Shown one piece after another: positions 60,870-64,000 of a stretch of DNA of 64,000 nucleotides. The stretch is taken from positions 62,851-126,850 of the IMG/VR virus record IMGVR_UViG_3300040796_000034. The stretch is one strand, 5' to 3'. Below the pieces are notes generated by a model that saw only the letters and a list, made by a program, of their open reading frames with translations, was not told the DNA's origin and did no database searches. The first letter of the stretch is position 1. Each line of letters starts with the position of its first letter. The translations under genes and the position numbers were made by a program. The stretch is from a virus.

Positions 60870-60928
60870 ACTGTTCAAAGTAAACGCTAGAGAAGGTAAG
60901 GTGATAAATCTTACCTTTTTTCTTTTCA

Positions 60929-61475
60929 ATGATTAGTTATTCTAAGTCACAAACAAATAAATCAAGAAAGCTTTCTTACTGTCTTAGACATTCATTTGAT
61001 GTCGAAATGTATCCTGGTGGTTGGGTTAAGCTAATTGATGTCTGTAAGGCTACTAATTTAACGCTTAAGGATGTCTTTGACCTTGTAACCACAAGATGAT
61101 AAGCAAAGGTATTCTTTCGATGCTTCAAGCTCATTTATTAGAGCTAATTATGGTCACAGTATTTCTGTAGATATGCAATACAAAGCTATCCTCAAAGGTA
61201 CTTGGCAATATCCTGACTATCTATTTCACTTAACTAGGGAAGAGTTTACTCAGTCTATATTAGAGAAAGGGTTATTACCCGGAAAAAGACTTTATGTACA
61301 CTTGTATTACTTTAGTGATTATGAAGTATTACCTCGACAGAAAGCTGATGAAATTTGGTTAGAAGTAAATACAGAATTATTGAAGACAGACCTGTACAAT
61401 TCTTGTGGACGTATATATTTAGCAAAATGTGTACCATCACAAGCTATTAAAATTTTAGGAAAGGTTTATGAATAA
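60929..61475 (+). pseudogene. kptA: RNA 2'-phosphotransferase (Tpt1/KptA) split by a +1 frameshift at ~61089-61099
   Basis: Frame 1 SRKLSYCLRH...GGWV; frame 2 DDKQRY...IRANYGHS...LFHLT...ILEKGLLPGKRLYVHL. Confidence 0.8.
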
Positions 61476-61621
61476 TTTAGAAAGTGAAAAACTTAAAGAT
61501 ATTTTATCAAACATATATCTTGTATGAAGTCAGATGCAGAAAGGTTTTGAGGATATTCATAAAGAATTGGATGAGATTCACGAAGAGATTGATAAGTTAA
61601 AAGCAATGAAAACAAAACAGC

Positions 61622-63222
61622 ATGAGCAAGATTAAAGAGACGTTAGACAAGCTATATCAACTTTGGGGTGAACTCCCTGAGATAGAAATTGAAGAGGATA
61701 TTTTACATTTCGAGAATCGAAGTCAACTAATCTTAGATGATGCCAGGGATTTTAAACCTGTCATTGAATTACTTACTTCACTTATTCAGACAAAGAATAG
61801 TCAAGTCTTAGATTTGTACATCTGGAATAAAGGTTTTGAAGTTTTTTACTGTAACAAAGTAGTTAAAATTCCTTGTGTATTAAATTTTTCAAATTATGAA
61901 GATAATATACCTAGAATACACATACCGTTAGTTCTGTACCCGTTCTTTAAAAAATTCTTTTCTTGGAAACGAGAAGTAAGGGTGTATGCAACAGATGTTG
62001 GTATCTATCTATTTATGGTAGAACAGCCTAAGACTAAAACTAAAGAGGAAAATCTGTTACGATATTTTATACCGAAGAGTCCAAGTAATTGTATAGGGCT
62101 TTTACAAGATTACGAAAGTCTTACAAGACATCTTAACGATTATATCAATGTTGAAAAGATGTCTCTAAATAGTGTTTCTTATGAAATTCATACAATCAAA
62201 ACATTGGAGGAAATGTAATGGATATTTTAGTCTATAATCGCTTGAAGCTATTTGTTGATGTAGTATTATCTGAGTTTCCATCAGATGAAGGTACTAAAAC
62301 AGATTGGTTACAGCTTAAACAAGCTTATTTAAAGACTCTTTCATTAGAGGAATCCAGTTATGCTAAACATGATAAGACTGAAGTTACTATTACTATATCG
62401 GATTGGAACAGTGTAATTTTCAAACTAAAAAGCCGTACAGAGTTAGTCACTGAATGTTCGGCTCCAAATATCTTAATTCCCAAAATAGACTACTCGTTAG
62501 TTAGTAGTAAGTACAAAGAGATTAATAACTATTTTTGTGAAAAATTTAATACGTTTGATACTGCCGTATTAGAGTCTGATACAGAAATTACAGATAAAGT
62601 AAAAATCGTGTTTGACACAACTAAACAGGAGTTTGTTTTATTTTATGAAGAAATATAATTTGCAGACACTACCTTTACCTTTGTGGGTAATTGCCGTCGC
62701 AGCCGTTTGTAGTGTTGTTGGTGGATTTATTATTGATTATTTTATAATAGATTTTCTTTTTGGGAATTATTTTCCTAAAGAAGATAAAGTGTCTTTATTG
62801 TCTCAATACAAGCATATACGTTTTTTCGTTTAGCTATTATTAGTAGTTATTCTGGGAAATAAATTAAAAAACTAAGGATACTGTCTTTTTTAGGGGCAGT
62901 ATCTTTTTTTATATTTGTACAACTGTAAAAATCAATAAATTATTAAAATTTTTGGATATAAACAATTATTGAAAAGTCAATGACTAAAACACTACAAGAG
63001 TTTCTAAAAGAGCCACTACTTGTCTCATACTGTCTTGTGTTGGATGAGTTAAAAGAGGTGATAGGTCAATACATTGATACAAGAGGGAGTAAACCTACTA
63101 CAGTTTATTTGGTTAGAAAAAATAAACCCCTAATAATGTTAGATGTAAAAGAGTTAGGGTATCGAGGTATTGTAGATTATTTAAGAAAAGAGTATAACAT
63201 TAATCAAGTGGAGTATTTCTAA
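61622..63222 (+). other. hypothetical ORFs (61622, 62218, 62612 membrane, 62980)
   Basis: Co-oriented ORFs. Confidence 0.5.
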
Positions 63223-63806
63223 TGGAAACAGTAATTTGTTTAACAGGTCTATCGTCTTGTGGAAAGTCTTATATGACTGGACACTATTTTAAACCAAAAG
63301 GTTTTCAAGTGTTGTCTTTAGCGACACCAATTTATGAAATATTATCTTTCATTTCTCAAGAAAAAATAAGTCATTTACATCTTACAAAAAAACAACCTGA
63401 TAAATTAGCTTTTGAGAAGAATACTAGAGAGCTTCTATGTGCAATAGGTCAAGGACTTCGAGAATACATTAGTAACGATATTTGGGTTGATTTGTGTATA
63501 AAAGAAATTGAATTTTTTTTAACCGCTACCTACTGTAATAGGTTTATTATTGATGATATTAGGGACGTAAATGAATATAATAAAATACGAAAAACATTTA
63601 AAACAAAACTGATTTATGTGTACAGAGAAGATAATAACCCTTACCTTTCTTCGGACCCTCTTGTACAGGAGAGAGAGTCTCATTATGAGGAGCTAAAGAA
63701 ATATGCTGACTTGGTATTTGATAATACAATACCTAGAAAAAATATTCACAATCCTGTAGATTTTTACAATAATACATTAGATGTAGAGGTTCAAAAATGG
63801 TTGTAA
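63222..63806 (+). CDS. deoxynucleoside monophosphate kinase
   Basis: ICLTGLSSCGKS P-loop, LSLATPI, RELLCAIGQGLR...DIWV, IIDDIR..NE. Confidence 0.8.
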   Translation: METVICLTGLSSCGKSYMTGHYFKPKGFQVLSLATPIYEILSFISQEKISHLHLTKKQPDKLAFEKNTRELLCAIGQGLREYISNDIWVDLCIKEIEFFLTATYCNRFIIDDIRDVNEYNKIRKTFKTKLIYVYREDNNPYLSSDPLVQERESHYEELKKYADLVFDNTIPRKNIHNPVDFYNNTLDVEVQKWL

Positions 63807-64000
63807 TAAAAAATTTGGAGATTAAAATGAAAAAATTTAACCGAGGTTACTACAAAGAATTTATCTTGCCTCCAGAATGCAACATTCCAGAAGAATTAAA
63901 ACTAATACTTCAAAATGTCTGGAACCGCAAATATGACGATTTATATGAAAGAGGAGGAAACTGTTCTGTTGAAACCGCTTTTGAAGATGTTTTAAAAGTA

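Noticed and set aside
29143-61527. Stop-codon reassignment
   Set aside because: Internal stops are of all three types, many genes end normally in TAG or TGA, and no suppressor tRNA was seen

Overview
This is a 64-kb AT-rich segment of a large tailed dsDNA phage (or prophage/phage-plasmid), very probably of a filamentous cyanobacterium. The host inference rests on NtcA-, CRP- and HetR-type operators, cyanobacterial-type DUF6464, DUF4926, IS630-HTH and thymidylate-synthase-like genes, and apparent GATC avoidance. 62-22863 (-) is the head/packaging module: TerL, long MuF, prohead protease, acidic scaffold, decoration protein, major capsid, connector, tail-type protein and many basic putative internal proteins; I recognised no portal. 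22890-30550 (+) holds small paralogous genes, an SF2 helicase-like protein and a GIY-YIG protein. 30618-31277 (-) is a probable TerS. About 31.3-42.4 kb is an early/host-takeover-like region of short operons separated by long non-coding blocks. These blocks carry a canonical NtcA promoter, two class-II CRP promoters, a HetR-type palindrome, strong sigma70 promoters, GGCC/HIP1-like repeat arrays, a type II hammerhead ribozyme, a 185-nt tRNA-like RNA, tRNA-Cys and two repeated RNA-structure families. 42.4-64 kb (+) is accessory/metabolic (macrodomain, HNH, SLOG, split thymidylate synthase, DUF932-like, frameshifted Tpt1/KptA, dNMP kinase). The strongest candidate new system is an early region whose operons appear wired to different host master regulators (nitrogen, cAMP/carbon, differentiation) with an RNA-processing layer on top. 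All calls are by eye; no database searches or folding software were run.
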